From the NCBI GenBank assembly GCA_040905465.1, contig JBBDRK010000064.1, positions 1 to 14,696 of the forward strand: a stretch of DNA of 14,696 nucleotides, given 5' to 3'. Under the pieces are notes generated by a model. It did no database searches. It worked only from the letters and a program-made list of their open reading frames with translations, and was not told where the DNA came from. Of the stretch, positions 13,557-14,696 are shown in pieces. Each line of letters opens with the position of its first letter. The first letter of the stretch is position 1. This DNA comes from Trueperaceae bacterium. Lineage in GTDB: Bacteria > Deinococcota > Deinococci > Deinococcales > Trueperaceae. The translations under genes were made by a program, and so were the position numbers.

Positions 13557-14668
13557 AACCTTTGATGGCAGCGCGACAGTTGGCTGCTGCTCCCGGGTCG
13601 ATCAAGCGGCTCGGGTATGTGTTCGGCCTCGGTGGCGCGGTGGCCGCTCTGCTGTTGGCGCTTCCGCTGGAGCTGGCCAGCGGCCAGGCGCATACGTTCG
13701 ACGCCTACGCTCTGCCCCTTCTCGCGGCACTGCTGCTGGGGTTGATGCTGGCGTTTATCAGGGCCAGGACGAGCATTCGCCACTTGGAGATTCTTACCTT
13801 CCTGGTTCTCACCACGTTCTTCACGGTTGAGCTCGGACTCGCGTTGTACGCCACGACGGGTGACGCAAGCGAAATCAACGGACATCTGGCCGAGTTCGGC
13901 TTCTGGTTCCCGACTCTGTACGCGAGCATCCTATTCATACTCGGTGTCGACAACGGCTGGCGCATCACCGCCGGTCACTTCGGGCTGTCGCTGCTGATCG
14001 GTCTGCCCTACATCGTGATGCAATTGGCCGGGGGCGGTGCCTACCACGTGGTCTATTCGCTCAGCCAGCTCTACCTGTCGAGCGGTGTTGCTATCGCTAC
14101 CGTCATCATCTTCGTCCGCTATACCGAGAGCGTGGTACGTGCCAAGTCGGAGATGGAACAACTCGCCCATACCGACTTCGTGACCAAGCTCGGCAACCGC
14201 CGCCAGATGGAGCGGCTGCTGCTACAGGAAGTGAGGCGCGCAGAACGGTACGGTGACGACATCTCGCTGCTGCTGCTCGACCTCGACCACTTCAAGCGCG
14301 TCAACGACCTGTACGGCCACCCGGTAGGCGACGAAGTGCTGAGGGAGATATCGGCGCTGTTGCTGGCCGAGTCGAGGACTGCGGATCATATCGGTCGTTG
14401 GGGCGGCGAGGAGTTCATAATGATCTTGCCGAACACGGCACGAGACGCCGCACTCACGCTGGCCGAACGAGTCGTCACGCGTGTCAGCATGCACGAGTTC
14501 GCGCGAGTTGGCCACGTTACCGTGAGCGCGGGCGGCTCGTGCCTGGAGCCCGCCGAGCAACCGGAGAGCCTTGTCAGACGCGCCGACGACGCGCTATACC
14601 GGGCGAAGGCGGCCGGCCGGAACCGGGTGTTCGTAAGCGAGAGCGGCCAGGACATCGAGACTGCCTGA
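13553..14668 (+). CDS. Membrane-bound diguanylate cyclase (GGDEF)
   Basis: About 6 TM segments, AHTDFVTKLGNRR, DLDHFKRVNDLYGHPVGD, I-site RTAD, RWGGEEF (GGEEF at 14402-14416), ADDALYRAKAAGRN. Confidence 0.93.
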   Translation: MKPLMAARQLAAAPGSIKRLGYVFGLGGAVAALLLALPLELASGQAHTFDAYALPLLAALLLGLMLAFIRARTSIRHLEILTFLVLTTFFTVELGLALYATTGDASEINGHLAEFGFWFPTLYASILFILGVDNGWRITAGHFGLSLLIGLPYIVMQLAGGGAYHVVYSLSQLYLSSGVAIATVIIFVRYTESVVRAKSEMEQLAHTDFVTKLGNRRQMERLLLQEVRRAERYGDDISLLLLDLDHFKRVNDLYGHPVGDEVLREISALLLAESRTADHIGRWGGEEFIMILPNTARDAALTLAERVVTRVSMHEFARVGHVTVSAGGSCLEPAEQPESLVRRADDALYRAKAAGRNRVFVSESGQDIETA

Positions 14669-14696
14669 GCACTGTCGCTGGGCACTGTCGCTGGGC
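14669..14696. repeat. Perfect 13-bp tandem repeat running to the window end
   Basis: GCACTGTCGCTGG at 14669-14681 and 14682-14694, plus GC that could start a third copy. Begins immediately after the GGDEF stop. Confidence 0.85.

Overview
High-GC bacterial chromosomal window with about 12 full-size protein genes. I found no rRNA, tRNA, CRISPR array or mobile element. Gene order: dgoK (5'-truncated), a 35-aa bridging mini-ORF, dgoD, a Yip1-type membrane protein (all +). Next come five minus-strand genes: cold-shock protein, DUF71/Dph6-like PP-loop ATPase, signal-peptide-less BtuF-like protein, YkvA/DUF1232, cupin. Then a membrane HD-GYP protein (+), a CopB-type P1B ATPase (-) starting 1 nt after an orphan PAS-GAF histidine kinase (-), an atypical aconitase-family hydratase (+) and a membrane GGDEF protein (+). 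Several genes have a TANNNT -10 box 5-8 nt before a start codon. This leaderless layout, with the gene content, suggests Deinococcota (inference only). Best leads: (i) a probable internally deleted dgoA relic that keeps dgoK-dgoD translationally coupled; (ii) two apparent leaderless uORFs that overlap downstream starts by 4 nt; (iii) a cytoplasmic Cys-rich BtuF-like + DUF71 pair without a transporter; (iv) a FixL-like PAS kinase coupled to copB; (v) an aconitase with the first Fe-S Cys replaced by Ser. All calls come from reading motifs by eye; no searches were run.
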